Assembly: GCA_965217865.1 (NCBI GenBank)
Contig: CBDCJO010000002.1
Span: 992,001-1,056,000, forward strand
Direction: 5' to 3'
Origin: Candidatus Latescibacterota bacterium
GTDB taxonomy: Bacteria > Latescibacterota > UBA2968 > SICM01
Length of the DNA: 64,000 nt
How positions within the stretch are numbered: the stretch's first letter is position 1; each line of letters begins with the position of its first letter. Made by a program: the position numbers and the translations under genes. Shown piece by piece: positions 51,861 to 63,580 of this stretch. Under the pieces are notes generated by a model that did no database searches, was not told the origin of the DNA, and saw nothing but the letters and a program-made list of their open reading frames with translations.

Positions 51861-52033
51861 GTTGGAGTCGAAAACGCTCGCACCCGCCTCGACCAGCTTC
51901 GCATAGTCCACCATCCCCTAAAGGCCGCTTTTGTGTGTTCGAACTCCCTGGAGATCAGCCGGTTTCTCCCCGAGACCATCTCCGACGTTGAAAAGATGAT
52001 CAGGAGTCCCCGCAGACAACAACCGGATGCCTA

Positions 52034-53561
52034 TCAGCCCGTTGAAGAACTACCTTTCAACGCACATAAACGGAAAAGACGCCTGGAGTGCGGGTCAGAT
52101 AAATCAAGGTAAGGAGATTGAGCAGGAGACGCTGATAAGAGGTTAAAAAGGTGACCGAGGGCAGCAAACGTGATTGTAGGACGAGCAGTAGACGCTGCAA
52201 GGCCTTGGCCAGGTCCTGGAGGGCCTTCGGAGTACCTACGCCCATCACTTTGCGCATGAGCAGAGCCAGGTTGCAGCCCCCGATGTGGATCAGCAAACGC
52301 TTGAGGATATTGCCGCGGTCTCTCAAGTGCAACCTGCGCATGCCACCGGTATCATATGTGTGAGCGATGGTTCTTTCCACCCGTTCTGCACGACTTCGGC
52401 GCAAGGCCTTGCCGCGATCTCCCTTGATCCGGCGTCGATTCGCATATACCGCGGCCTGCTCATCTCGTCGGCCGTTCCACTTGCGGCGTCCCCGATCCGG
52501 TTCTGAAATGTAACTCCGGATGCCGCCTTGCTTCAGACTGGTCAATACATCGTTGCTATGATATCCTTTGTCCGCAACCACCTCCCGTATACGCTGTCTG
52601 TGCAAACGCTTAGCAGCTTTTTCGTCCTTCGCAACCTGCTTGAGATTGAGCTGCGCCTCGAGCAGCGTCCAGGGCAACGACTCGGTATCTCCTTCATCTG
52701 CTCCCGACAACGCCACTGCCACAATGGCATTGGTGTCCAGATCCACCGCGTGCTCCACCTTGTGCGCCATGTGCGTGCGACCGTCCTTCATCTTAGCGAT
52801 CTTGGCATCCGGGTCGTGCGGGTGCTCCCAGTCCTGGTTCGATCCCTTCTTCGGTCGCTTCTTATCGATCTTGGACAAGTCCTCGCGGGTAGGCGTTTCA
52901 ATGCCCGAGGCCTTGGCCAGATTCTCAAGGAATGCCTGGTAGCCTTCACCCGTGTCACGGCGTACAATGCTGCGCATCGCGGCGTTGGCCTCCAGTGTCG
53001 TAGCATCCACGCCCAACGTCTTCCCCTTCACCAGACCCGCTTTGCACAAGACCCTCAGGATCCACTTGAAAACCGCTTCGTGAACTTCCAAGGGAAGCCG
53101 ATGCCGGATGCGAGACAGGCTGGAATGATCCGGGGTCTGTTCGTCAAGGGCATACCCCAAAAACCGGCGCAACGTCAGCGAGTCAGATACACGCCATTCG
53201 ATCCCACGTTCCGAATCAAGTCCCTCGAAATACCCAATCAAAAGCATCCGAAAATAAACCCCGGGCGGAATGCCCTTGCGACCCATATGAGGAGCGTAAT
53301 ACCGCTGGCAAAGCCCCTCGACGAACTCGTCGAAGCCGTTCGCCCCCAATACCTGATTCAGCTTCTCGTAGAACGGATGACCCGGAGATTTCACCAAAGT
53401 GTTCGATGCGATGAACAGGTTTTCCTGTCTCTGTCGTCCTCGTTTTCCCATTGCCATTTGCTCGTCCTCCCTTCTCAGTTTGAACCTGATATATCATAGG
53501 ACCAAACCACAAGGAAAGACAACAGTCATCTTGGCATAAACGCACTTTTTCAACAGGCTGC
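52034..53561 (-). mobile_element. IS1182/IS5-like element copy 1 (transposase 52057-53457)
   Basis: DUF772-type PDHSSLSRIR, VDAT, ADKGY, RVER; IRs CAGCCTGTTGAA/CAGCCCGTTGAA; TA flanks. Confidence 0.92.
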
Positions 53562-54764
53562 TATGCGTCGTAGCCCTCAGGCACGCCTATACTCTTTGGG
53601 GGAGGAGCCGGGGGAGGGGTGCGCAGTTCTATTTCAACGGGATCTATCGACAAATGAATGCCGTGCTGACTCTTCAATTTAGAAAGTCCACGTTGGGCAT
53701 GGCCTTTCCCTTCGAACTCGTCACGATACAAAGCGGTCGATGCTTCGATAAGGATTTCAGTGAAACGGCTTTTCCAATCCGGGTACATATCAGGAAACCA
53801 TCCTCTGAACTTCATTTCGGCCTCCAATGGAGCCATTCGGTCGATAAATGATGGATGGGCATGCAGCACTTTTCTCCAGTAAGAATGTGCCATTTCGTGA
53901 AAAACAAGATACCTTTGAGATCGATATCGTTTGAACCTAAGGGGAAGTGGACTAAATCGAAATACAACAGGCGGACCCCACAAGGCGAACGAGACCTTTG
54001 CATTTGATATCTCAAAACCAAAGGATGGTGGACAAAGTGGATTTGGGACTAAGACCAAGTTGTTAATAGAAAACCCAAATAAAAGGTTCATAAATTCGTC
54101 AACTCTAGCTTCCTCCAGTGACTCACTGCAATCACTAATCACTATATCCCATGAATCCTCAGTCTGTGCCCAGAAGGAACCGAGTTCAGCTTTTTCATAA
54201 AATTCAGCAAGAAGGGTTGAACATCGATGCTCTTCAAAAAAAGAGAGGAGCTTATTGGAGCATCCCCCTGGTACAAGATCTAATTGAACCATAAAGTTAG
54301 GTGCCATACCGAGATATGATGCGTAGGTAAGAAGTAAATCACCCCGCCCAAAGGGCGGGGCATTAACCACTCCCCTCCCCAAACAGATCCAACTGTAGGG
54401 GCCCTTTCTGCTCTTGAAGATGAAACCGAATATATCCTCTGATCACTTTAGAAGTTACCTTTTCGACTACGGTACGGACAAAACAGCCTTTTAGCTTACC
54501 CTCAGCAAGCTAAACTTTTCCTCCCCTTCCAAAGGAAGGGGTATCCAAGTTCAAATACTTTCATGAACTTATCCAGTGTTCTTCAGTTAATTGCCGTATA
54601 GCCATCACACATTGAAGGTTCTCAACTCTACCCAGATGTTTCAATGTCTGGATTCGCAGCTTGTGAGGTTTTCTTCCAGCCATGTTTTCGTCAACAAACT
54701 TCGTTAAAAGTAGCACCGATGAGACAAGACGAAACTGGTCATCTATTCGAATATCCAGAGCCAT
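53561..54764 (-). pseudogene. HExxH protein (DUF4932-like) split by PATE copy 3
   Basis: Removing the element joins ...EEHWISS|FLTYASYLG in frame; FHEMAH motif. Confidence 0.7.
54334..54562 (-). mobile_element. 229-bp PATE copy 3
   Basis: Same sequence as copies 1 and 2; followed by ATGAA. Confidence 0.9.
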
Positions 54765-54818
54765 AGTGGCATCAAGTTTGGGAAATAAATTGGGGAATTT
54801 TTGATGATTGAAAAAGTG

Positions 54819-56145
54819 GGATCTTCACGCAGAAGTATGGATAGATAGAAAAGCTCCACGAATTTTCAGGGCAAAGTAGTCGAAGTCTCTGAAGCCGAAG
54901 GCGATGCGCTTGATGACTTTGATCTTGTTGTTTATGCCCTCAACGATGCTTGTGTGGATGGGGTAGTCGCAGTGTGCCAGGATGCTTTCCTTGTGATATA
55001 GCAGCTTCCTGGTGAAGCGTATCAACGGCTTGATCCCGGAGTCAAGGGCTCTTGACACCAGGCGTCGAGCCATCTGGCTGCCCAGGCTTTGCGTTTGTAG
55101 ATCCAGACTCGTTTCAGGTCCTCTTTGAGGATGTAGACGGTGTTCAAACGTTGATTGATGGCCAGGAGATCGCGGAGTCGGGCTGGCTCATCGCGGTCGG
55201 TTAGCAAGTTCTTTCTGTTTTTGAGAAGTAGGTATTTGGTTCCTCGGATGATAGCCTTGTTGTCCTTGGAGGCTTTTCGACATTCATCGATCCGAACCCG
55301 ATCGATTACTTTCTGGGCATAGATCTGGAGCAGGTGGAAGGGATCATAGACCGTGGCAGCGTCAGGACAATGCTTGCGCTTCGCCTTGGCATAGCCGCGC
55401 CAAGCGTCCATCGCGATGGCCTGGATCCGGCTGCACTTTCCAGGGCCCAGCGCCTCGAAGAATGGATCCAGTGCTTCGGCGTTGCGGCCTTTGCCAACAT
55501 ATAGGACTTGTCCTGTTCCTGCATCAGCTACTGTAGTACCATAATCCTGGCCGCGTTTGACGGCGAACTCGTCAATGGCCAGCAGCGAGGCCTCAGTATC
55601 GCCTACGGCAGGCAAGTCGTCCTGTAAGGCCTTCTTGTCGATCTGTTTAACCACACTCCAGTGCAACCTGAACTGCTGGGCAATCGCTTTGATCGACCGG
55701 ATTTCTCTGCAGGCCAAAGCTACAACTCCAGCCAAGCGTTTGGTGTAACCAACACGAGGTTCCACCCAATCCAGATACTCAGTCCGAACGCCGCATGTCG
55801 CACAGCGTATCCGGCACTGGGAGAACTCGATCCAGACACGACCGAAGGGTCCGAAACTCAGATCCTTGACCGAACGTAGGCGGGAATCATAGCAAGATCG
55901 ATACGTCCGACCACAGGTGCAGCGGTACTCCTTTTCCCGTCGCGAGACCTCTATCCAAAGTGTCGAGAGATCCTCGCGGAACCTCAGCTTGATCACATAA
56001 AATCCTTGCAGACCAACCAGCCTGTCGATATAATCCTGTATAGCCATCGGGATTCTCCTTTCGTCAGGTTAGGTGCGTTACCCAACTGTAGGAGAAAACC
56101 GGTGGCTTTTCTACATTATTGATCCACTCTTAAGCGTGAAGAACC
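54819..56145 (-). mobile_element. ISL3 element, transposase frameshifted near 55050
   Basis: IRs GG(A/T)TCTTCACGC; 8-bp TSD AAAAAGTG on both sides; zinc finger, AIDEF, AMD, DPFH, EGINNKIK. Confidence 0.93.
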
Positions 56146-56339
56146 AAAAAGTGAGTAATGAGGAAGTGATTTCTCCGTCAATGGAGGAGATATCATAGAA
56201 AACCACTGTTTCACTTCATCCTAGCCACCAAACAGGTCCGGTCCGTTCTCATGTCAGACAATTTCGACTTTCATCTTCGCGGTATACGTCTTCGGTCGTT
56301 ACAGATAAGGATAAAGCACCAAGGCGGCGGATCGGATTC

Positions 56340-57232
56340 TTAGTGATCCGCCACGGGCACATACTCAAGCCTGATCTGGGGATATGCGTGCTGTAGCGCC
56401 TCCATGACTTTCAGCCAGGATCTCCCCCCCCACTGATTGGTCAGTGCGAAGGTCTGACCGTTTGAGACCATCAGACTACCCGGTTCCGTGTACCACCGCC
56501 GGTCGTCGTACGTCTTGCCCCGTGCCTCGAGTGCTGCTGCAGCGAGCGCGAGGAATTCGTCAACGTCTTCCGTTTCTTGTTCTATCACCAGGAATGTATT
56601 GCTACACCCAAGACGGAGAAAGAGGTCCTGAATATCACCGGGTGGGACGCCAGATGCGTGCAGCGTTTTTACCACCAACAAGATGGCGCGTCTTTTCCAC
56701 TGTCCCGGATGTTTTTCTCCGCCTACCGTTACATCGTACCGCGTAAAGTCAGGACCGTTCTTTCGAGCAGTCTGTTCCCGCCGTTTCTTTTCGCGGATTT
56801 GCACTTGGTAATCTACCGTCTCCGGCAAGGGGATCACCTGCTGGACATCGACGAGCGTGCGTCCGTCATAGTCATAGGGCTGAATCCGCACGTAGCGTAT
56901 ATCCAGACCCTTCTCATTAAGCCACAATACCGCCGTGGTCAGTTCTCGCGAGAAGCCTGCTGAGACCAGAACAATCCGAACGTCTTGTCCAAACCGCTCC
57001 TCGTCGAGTTCATCCCATTCGAGAAATTCCAGCAGCGCCTGTTCGGGATCAACCTCCCGATTGTAAGTGGCGAGGTACTGGCGGAAAATGTCCACGGCCC
57101 GTCCTATGGTTAGCGTGGACACCATTGCGGCATAGCGTACGGCCTGGAGTTCCATGTGCCCGCCATCCTCGGTACGCTTCAACTCCATCACGACCAGGTT
57201 GGCATCCTTATCTATACCCAACAGGTCGGAGC
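56340..57232 (-). pseudogene. NucS/EndoMS-like PD-(D/E)XK nuclease with C-terminal domain, N-terminus lost
   Basis: DLLGIDKDANLVVMELKRTEDGGHMELQAVRY. Confidence 0.7.
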
Positions 57233-57735
57233 CGCGCCTCCTGTCCCACCCGTCCCACCGTGTCCTGCGCCGGTTTAGGCTTGGAAAAACCGGTCAACTC
57301 CGAAAATTCCGGCGCAGGACGGGCGGCGAGTTTGCCTGGATCCAAACCGATCGTCGCCAACGCCAGCGCTGTGGCATTGTACGCCGTAGAGTCGTAGCTG
57401 GAGTCAAGAGGTTCCGTGAAAGGGAAAAACCTTGTATCCGAACCGATCCAGTCCGCCAGCGCTACCAGCCCGGCAACCGCGTGATGGAATTGCGGCCTGT
57501 CGGACAATGGCGAGCCTCCGGATTCGAAAGCTCCGCCGAACCAGCGATGCAGAGCATCATCCATGACGCGCGCTTCCGCCCGCCAATCATAATGTGGCAG
57601 GACCGGCCAATCATTGAACGTCGGAGCCGACGGTCGCTCCACGGGCCGTCCATGATGCGCGATCATCGCCGCGAAGAGCGGGTCGACCGCCTTGCCCCAT
57701 CCCATGATCCACTGCATCGTCTCGTGGAATGGGTG
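57226..57735 (-). pseudogene. cas3: Cas3 (type I-E-like) HD-domain/linker fragment
   Basis: IAHHGRP, AGLVALADWIGSD..FF, PKPAQ (helicase Q-motif), then cut. Confidence 0.75.
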
Positions 57736-57752
57736 ATCCGGGCCGTTCTATT

Positions 57753-60455
57753 TCATTGAAGCACAAGGTATTGGTGACTCACGATAGTTCCCTTGTCACG
57801 AATACCATGGCTTTCACAGTGCGACACACACTCTGTGTAGATGTCCACCACCCGGAACCACCTTCTGGCGATGCGGGCGAGTTCCTTTGCCATATCGCAT
57901 TTCTTGCTCGCTCCGAGATGGAGCACGGCTACGCCGCCTGATTTGAGTCGTTCGCGAGACTGGCGCAGAATCGGATGGTAGACCTCAAAGCTTCTCTTCT
58001 GCCGCTCATCCACGAATGCCAGCGGGCGTTCCTGGAAGTCATTCGTTTCCCAACCGCAGAACCACAGACGCATCCAGTTGCTTAGATGGAAGCGCGTGCT
58101 GTCGAAAAACGGGGGTGAAGTGATCACAGCATCAAGCTCTTCGACATATTCGGGCCACCATTCGGTAGCGTCCTGGAACATTGAATAACCGTAGGCGAAG
58201 CCATCCGGCATAGCGGTGGACAAACTTCGTTCCAGCTTGCCTCGAAGCCGCGGGATCAAGGCACGGTAATGAGTATCTCCGGTCGGGGCGAAGGGCGTGA
58301 TTGGATGCGACCGTCGGCTCAGGGCGTAAGGTCGATTTCCGTGAAGGATGTGCAGCAGGCACGCAATGACAAGCGATTGCGATGCATTTACGGGAGGATT
58401 ATCGAGAAAATACCTACGGGCGAGAAGGATATCTTCAAGGGTACTCTTGTGAAAATAGGCAGTGAGGATCCCATTGAAACGGATAGACTGCGCCGACTTG
58501 ATCTCTCCCGGTCTGACTTTGTGGTCCCGCAAATACTGTTCGAGCTCCTCGACCACCTCTTCGCATTCCGAGGCGCTCGACCTCCCAATCTTTCCAGCGG
58601 TGATGTGCACGGCGGGAGGGCTTATGTCGAATCCCCAGCTCTCAACGCTGTGCAATGCAGCTTCGAAGGGTATCGTGCCGACACCTGAGAAGGGATCGAG
58701 CATCCGGTTACCTGGCGACGTGAATGTTCGAATCAGGTGCGCAGCCAGCGAGGGCTTCATCTTACCCTGATATGAACAAAGCGAATGGAGAGGATGGCCC
58801 CAATTGCGCTTCGCAAACTCGCCCTGTTGATGCGGTAATGTTTTCTTGAAGCTCGTCCAAGCGGCCGTCCACTCGTTTGTCCGTTTCGCTGCGCACCGCG
58901 TGTTTGGACGCATTTCGGGCTTCGACCTAAACACGAGAAGTTTCTGCGTCAGCTTCATCTGGCTGCGCGAATAGCGCTGGCGCAGTACGAGCTCGTCACT
59001 GAGTTCGAAGCCGGCTAAATCGAGTGACTCTACTATGAACCGATCCGTCGGAACGTGTACGCCCGCATATGCCGAATCACCTATGTCAATGACGATCGTA
59101 CCAGCCTTGTGCATGTGACCGCCCAACGCTTGTAGTATCGCGTACATCTCCGACGCGAAGCACGCGACCATGCGCGGAATCCGAGCATCGTAGGCGTTTT
59201 CCTCCAGGAGTTTCAGGACTGGTGCAGCGCCGGTCGGTAAATCCCCGATCGGCTTGCCGACGGTCACGTCATTGATCCCTACGGTCATCGAACCGAATCG
59301 GAACCGCGCTAGGTCATCTCGCTCATTCAGACATCGAAGGAACCACAGTTCAACCTTGGTATTTCTGAAATAATTGGTGCCGTTCAAATAGGGCGGGCTG
59401 GTGATGACAGCATCAACGGAAAGGTTGGGGATCAGACCCAAATTCTTCGCGTTCTCAAGTATCAGTGTAGGGAGCTGGTCGATCTGCGACAAGGATTCGA
59501 TATCGAAGGCAATCGTCCTTAACGCCGCGCACGTTTCCTCGCGTAGATCGACGCGTCCACGGGCCAATTCCGTATGCGTTTTGAACCGGACGTCGCCCCG
59601 ACGTATCAGCCGCGACGCCGGTATCAGCGAACGCAACACCGCAATCGTGAGAAACCGCGCGGTCACCGGTTTGGTGCATCCGATTTCATCAATCAGCGCC
59701 CGGCAGCGTAGAATGTCCTCGAGAACATCTCTGTCAAAAAACTCGCTTTCACCGAACGTCGCCTTGTAGGTATGCCGAAGTTGCACATCTTGACGGGATT
59801 CGTCGAGACGCGCATCTAACGTGTCCGCCAGCATCGAGAGGCCAGCTGCCAAGTCCTCACGATCCCGGTCGCGTAATTGCAGGGCGACCACTTTCGAGGC
59901 GATTAGGAACTGAAGGATCGGGTTGATTTCGCAGAAATATGCCTTTTTCCCGAGACGTGAGGCAGTGAGTGGCGTTGTGCCGGTACCCCCGAAAGGATCA
60001 AATACGCTCTTCGCAGTCGGGCAGTAACTTCCGATGACTGATTCGACGAAGGCCGGAGAGTAGCCCTCCAAATAAGGATACCAGTCGTGTAAAGGTTCAT
60101 GGCGGCCACCGCTAAAGGTAGCCTGAACCGGATCGAGCACAATTGGACTTTTGGCCTTCAGGCCGGGCAAATATGCGGTTGTAGAATGAGTGCTGGCTTC
60201 GAGATGCTGGCGGAGAATGGACAGGCAGAAGGCGTTGAGAGATTTCTCTTGCTTCTGGGCATGCTCCTGAAGCGTCACGAAACTGTGGTATCCGAGCGCG
60301 TTTCTGAGTGTTTCGCTGGAAAGATGCCGTACGGCCTCAAAGATGTGCCGGTCGCCCGCGCCGAATGCGATCGTGAGACTGGATCGTCCCGATGCCACTG
60401 GCGGGCAATCTTTGAAATAGACGTTCTTATACGATTGTCCCATCGCTCCCTGCAC
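57753..60455 (-). CDS. Fused two-domain DNA amino-methyltransferase (likely m4C)
   Basis: DPFGGTGTT...TSPPY and DPFSGVGT...TSPPF. Confidence 0.85.
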   Translation of the reverse strand: MQGAMGQSYKNVYFKDCPPVASGRSSLTIAFGAGDRHIFEAVRHLSSETLRNALGYHSFVTLQEHAQKQEKSLNAFCLSILRQHLEASTHSTTAYLPGLKAKSPIVLDPVQATFSGGRHEPLHDWYPYLEGYSPAFVESVIGSYCPTAKSVFDPFGGTGTTPLTASRLGKKAYFCEINPILQFLIASKVVALQLRDRDREDLAAGLSMLADTLDARLDESRQDVQLRHTYKATFGESEFFDRDVLEDILRCRALIDEIGCTKPVTARFLTIAVLRSLIPASRLIRRGDVRFKTHTELARGRVDLREETCAALRTIAFDIESLSQIDQLPTLILENAKNLGLIPNLSVDAVITSPPYLNGTNYFRNTKVELWFLRCLNERDDLARFRFGSMTVGINDVTVGKPIGDLPTGAAPVLKLLEENAYDARIPRMVACFASEMYAILQALGGHMHKAGTIVIDIGDSAYAGVHVPTDRFIVESLDLAGFELSDELVLRQRYSRSQMKLTQKLLVFRSKPEMRPNTRCAAKRTNEWTAAWTSFKKTLPHQQGEFAKRNWGHPLHSLCSYQGKMKPSLAAHLIRTFTSPGNRMLDPFSGVGTIPFEAALHSVESWGFDISPPAVHITAGKIGRSSASECEEVVEELEQYLRDHKVRPGEIKSAQSIRFNGILTAYFHKSTLEDILLARRYFLDNPPVNASQSLVIACLLHILHGNRPYALSRRSHPITPFAPTGDTHYRALIPRLRGKLERSLSTAMPDGFAYGYSMFQDATEWWPEYVEELDAVITSPPFFDSTRFHLSNWMRLWFCGWETNDFQERPLAFVDERQKRSFEVYHPILRQSRERLKSGGVAVLHLGASKKCDMAKELARIARRWFRVVDIYTECVSHCESHGIRDKGTIVSHQYLVLQ

Positions 60456-60605
60456 GCTGCTGTAGCGTAGAAATAACTACCATAGTATGTTAGTTAGTGT
60501 CAAGAAGCGCTGGATGAGAGGGAGCAGGTCTGTGCAGCGACTGTCCCAAGGTCCACATAGGCACCGGCACTACTCCGTTGGCACCCGCTCGGAATGCGCG
60601 CCCTA

Positions 60606-62133
60606 GCAGCCTGTTGAAAAAGTGCGTTTATGCCAAGATGACTGTTGTCTTTCCTTGTGGTTTGGTCCTATGATATATCAGGTTCAAACTGAGAAGGGAG
60701 GACGAGCAAATGGCAATGGGAAAACGAGGACGACAGAGACAGGAAAACCTGTTCATCGCATCGAACACTTTGGTGAAATCTCCGGGTCATCCGTTCTACG
60801 AGAAGCTGAATCAGGTATTGGGGGCGAACGGCTTCGACGAGTTCGTCGAGGGGCTTTGCCAGCGGTATTACGCTCCTCATATGGGTCGCAAGGGCATTCC
60901 GCCCGGGGTTTATTTTCGGATGCTTTTGATTGGGTATTTCGAGGGACTTGATTCGGAACGTGGGATCGAATGGCGTGTATCTGACTCGCTGACGTTGCGC
61001 CGGTTTTTGGGGTATGCCCTTGACGAACAGACCCCGGATCATTCCAGCCTGTCTCGCATCCGGCATCGGCTTCCCTTGGAAGTTCACGAAGCGGTTTTCA
61101 AGTGGATCCTGAGGGTCTTGTGCAAAGCGGGTCTGGTGAAGGGGAAGACGTTGGGCGTGGATGCTACGACACTGGAGGCCAACGCCGCGATGCGCAGCAT
61201 TGTACGCCGTGACACGGGTGAAGGCTACCAGGCATTCCTTGAGAATCTGGCCAAGGCCTCGGGCATTGAAACGCCTACCCGCGAGGACTTGTCCAAGATC
61301 GATAAGAAGCGACCGAAGAAGGGATCGAACCAGGACTGGGAGCACCCGCACGACCCGGATGCCAAGATCGCTAAGATGAAGGACGGTCGCACGCACATGG
61401 CGCACAAGGTGGAGCACGCGGTGGATCTGGACACCAATGCCATTGTGGCAGTGGCGTTGTCGGGAGCAGATGAAGGAGATACCGAGTCGTTGCCCTGGAC
61501 GCTGCTCGAGGCGCAGCTCAATCTCAAGCAGGTCGCGAAGGACGAAAAAGCTGCCAAACGTTTGCACAGACAGCGTATACGGGAGGTGGTTGCGGACAAA
61601 GGATATCATAGCAACGATGTATTGACCAGTCTGAAGCAAGGCGGCATCCGGAGTTACATTTCAGAACCGGATCGGGGACGCCGCAAGTGGAACGGCCGAC
61701 GAGATGAGCAGGCCGCGGTATATGCGAATCGACGCCGGATCAAGGGAGATCGCGGCAAGGCCTTGCGCCGAAGTCGTGCAGAACGGGTGGAAAGAACCAT
61801 CGCTCACACATATGATACCGGTGGCATGCGCAGGTTGCACTTGAGAGACCGCGGCAATATCCTCAAGCGTTTGCTGATCCACATCGGGGGCTGCAACCTG
61901 GCTCTGCTCATGCGCAAAGTGATGGGCGTAGGTACTCCGAAGGCCCTCCAGGACCTGGCCAAGGCCTTGCAGCGTCTACTGCTCGTCCTACAATCACGTT
62001 TGCTGCCCTCGGTCACCTTTTTAACCTCTTATCAGCGTCTCCTGCTCAATCTCCTTACCTTGATTTATCTGACCCGCACTCCAGGCGTCTTTTCCGTTTA
62101 TGTGCGTTGAAAGGTAGTTCTTCAACGGGCTGA
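60606..62133 (+). mobile_element. IS1182/IS5-like element copy 2 (transposase 60710-62110)
   Basis: 1528 bp, same protein as copy 1, inverted orientation, TA flanks. Confidence 0.92.
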
Positions 62134-63383
62134 TAGGCGTTTTCGCCGACGGCTCGCAGCCATTCGGTGCGAGAAATTACATAGCTGGTGGCCATTCGCT
62201 TCTCGATTTTGAGGTTGGCTACCGGATTCTGGATCATCTGTAGACGGGGTGAATCGCTGCCCATGTGCTCGACGAGAGCCAAGACATAGTTGTCGGTGTG
62301 TTCACAGGCCGCATGATACTCGGTAGTGGTCAAGCTGACCGTGTCCAGTGCATGGAGGCTGCTTTTCACTTCGATCACCATCACCCGACTTTCCTTTCGC
62401 GCCCAGAGATCGAAGCCATAGCCGCGCCGATTGGTATAGAACGCGACCTCCCATCCTTGTGAACGGAGCACCTTCGCCACGAAGCTCTCCGCATCAGCAC
62501 CGTCGTTGCTGGCCGGTGCGGCGGGCGGCGTGAGCAGTTCCTCCAACTCAGGCGGTTCCGGCATACGCAATTGGGGAGCAGGGATACCTTCGGGTGCGGC
62601 AGGCGCGGCATGTTCTCCGACCCAGTCCGGAGTTAGCAGCAGGCGTGTCCCTTCGCGGACCACACTGGTACCGAGCGAGAAGAGCGAAAACGTATGCAGC
62701 CCGACATCACACCAGTTCGAATACGCCTTAGCCCCTGGTATACGGTTGCGGACTTCAGCATGCAGGGTGGTCTGTTCGTCCGGGGACAGTGCACGATACT
62801 CCGCGATTGCGGCGACAGCCCAGGAGACTTCGTTGCGCGCGCGTATCCGGGACACAAAGAAATCAAACTCGTTTCGGTCGATATAGCCGCCGCAACTCCG
62901 GAGTACCTGTTTCGTCACTTCATAGACACGCACATCGAATTCGTCATATTGTGCAACCCGGTTGGACGGCGACCACGGTTCGACAGCAAACCGCATCGCG
63001 GAGAGCGATTGTTCGAGCACTTCCGCCGGATCATCCGTATACGCAAGCACACGCCCGCGTTCGGTGAGCACTATGCGATCCCATCTGCGACCGTCCTCGC
63101 GCTGCAGGAGTTGTAATAGCTTGTCCATAACCAGAAGGTGATGACGCCTGAGCTGTACACCGGGATCATCATTGTCCGTTTCTATGATTGTCGCCAGTCT
63201 GTCGTAGTCGTGCTTAGTCAGACGAATGATACCGTGGCCTCCTCGGTTCTCCAGATATTCGGCAATACCCTTCAACCATGACAACGCGACGTGGACACGG
63301 GTGATTACAAACCAGCCACGGTCTCCGCGATCTCCCTTTTCGAGGCGATCCACCAGCCTCCGGCGAACCTGTTCCAGACTCAC
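62055..63383 (-). CDS. DUF3883 (NOV C-terminal PD-(D/E)XK) domain protein, putative restriction endonuclease
   Basis: GADAE..GYGFDL..IEVKSS..LTTTEY..YVLALVE. Confidence 0.75.
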   Translation of the reverse strand: MSLEQVRRRLVDRLEKGDRGDRGWFVITRVHVALSWLKGIAEYLENRGGHGIIRLTKHDYDRLATIIETDNDDPGVQLRRHHLLVMDKLLQLLQREDGRRWDRIVLTERGRVLAYTDDPAEVLEQSLSAMRFAVEPWSPSNRVAQYDEFDVRVYEVTKQVLRSCGGYIDRNEFDFFVSRIRARNEVSWAVAAIAEYRALSPDEQTTLHAEVRNRIPGAKAYSNWCDVGLHTFSLFSLGTSVVREGTRLLLTPDWVGEHAAPAAPEGIPAPQLRMPEPPELEELLTPPAAPASNDGADAESFVAKVLRSQGWEVAFYTNRRGYGFDLWARKESRVMVIEVKSSLHALDTVSLTTTEYHAACEHTDNYVLALVEHMGSDSPRLQMIQNPVANLKIEKRMATSYVISRTEWLRAVGENAYQPVEELPFNAHKRKRRLECGSDKSR

Positions 63384-63580
63384 GCACAGCCTCCATTGAA
63401 TTCACACTGGAAGAGAAGGGTGACCATAGCAAACGTCAAGGGACATGCTCCCACAGAACCGAGGTGTAAGTGCCAGGGGCACTTCAGGGTGATATCACCA
63501 CGAAACTGCCATTGTAGGAGGGAATGGGACGCATTTCTAGTGACTTCGATGAAGGGAAGCGATTCGGACGTAACGCTTCA

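Noticed and set aside
53561-54382. ORF beginning MGRGVVNAPPFGRGDLL (also 30583-30783)
   Set aside because: The N-terminus is PATE sequence; the real gene starts at 54764
55022-55073. Programmed frameshift in the ISL3 transposase
   Set aside because: No slippery run; looks like a 1-nt deletion or sequencing error, and ISL3 normally has one ORF
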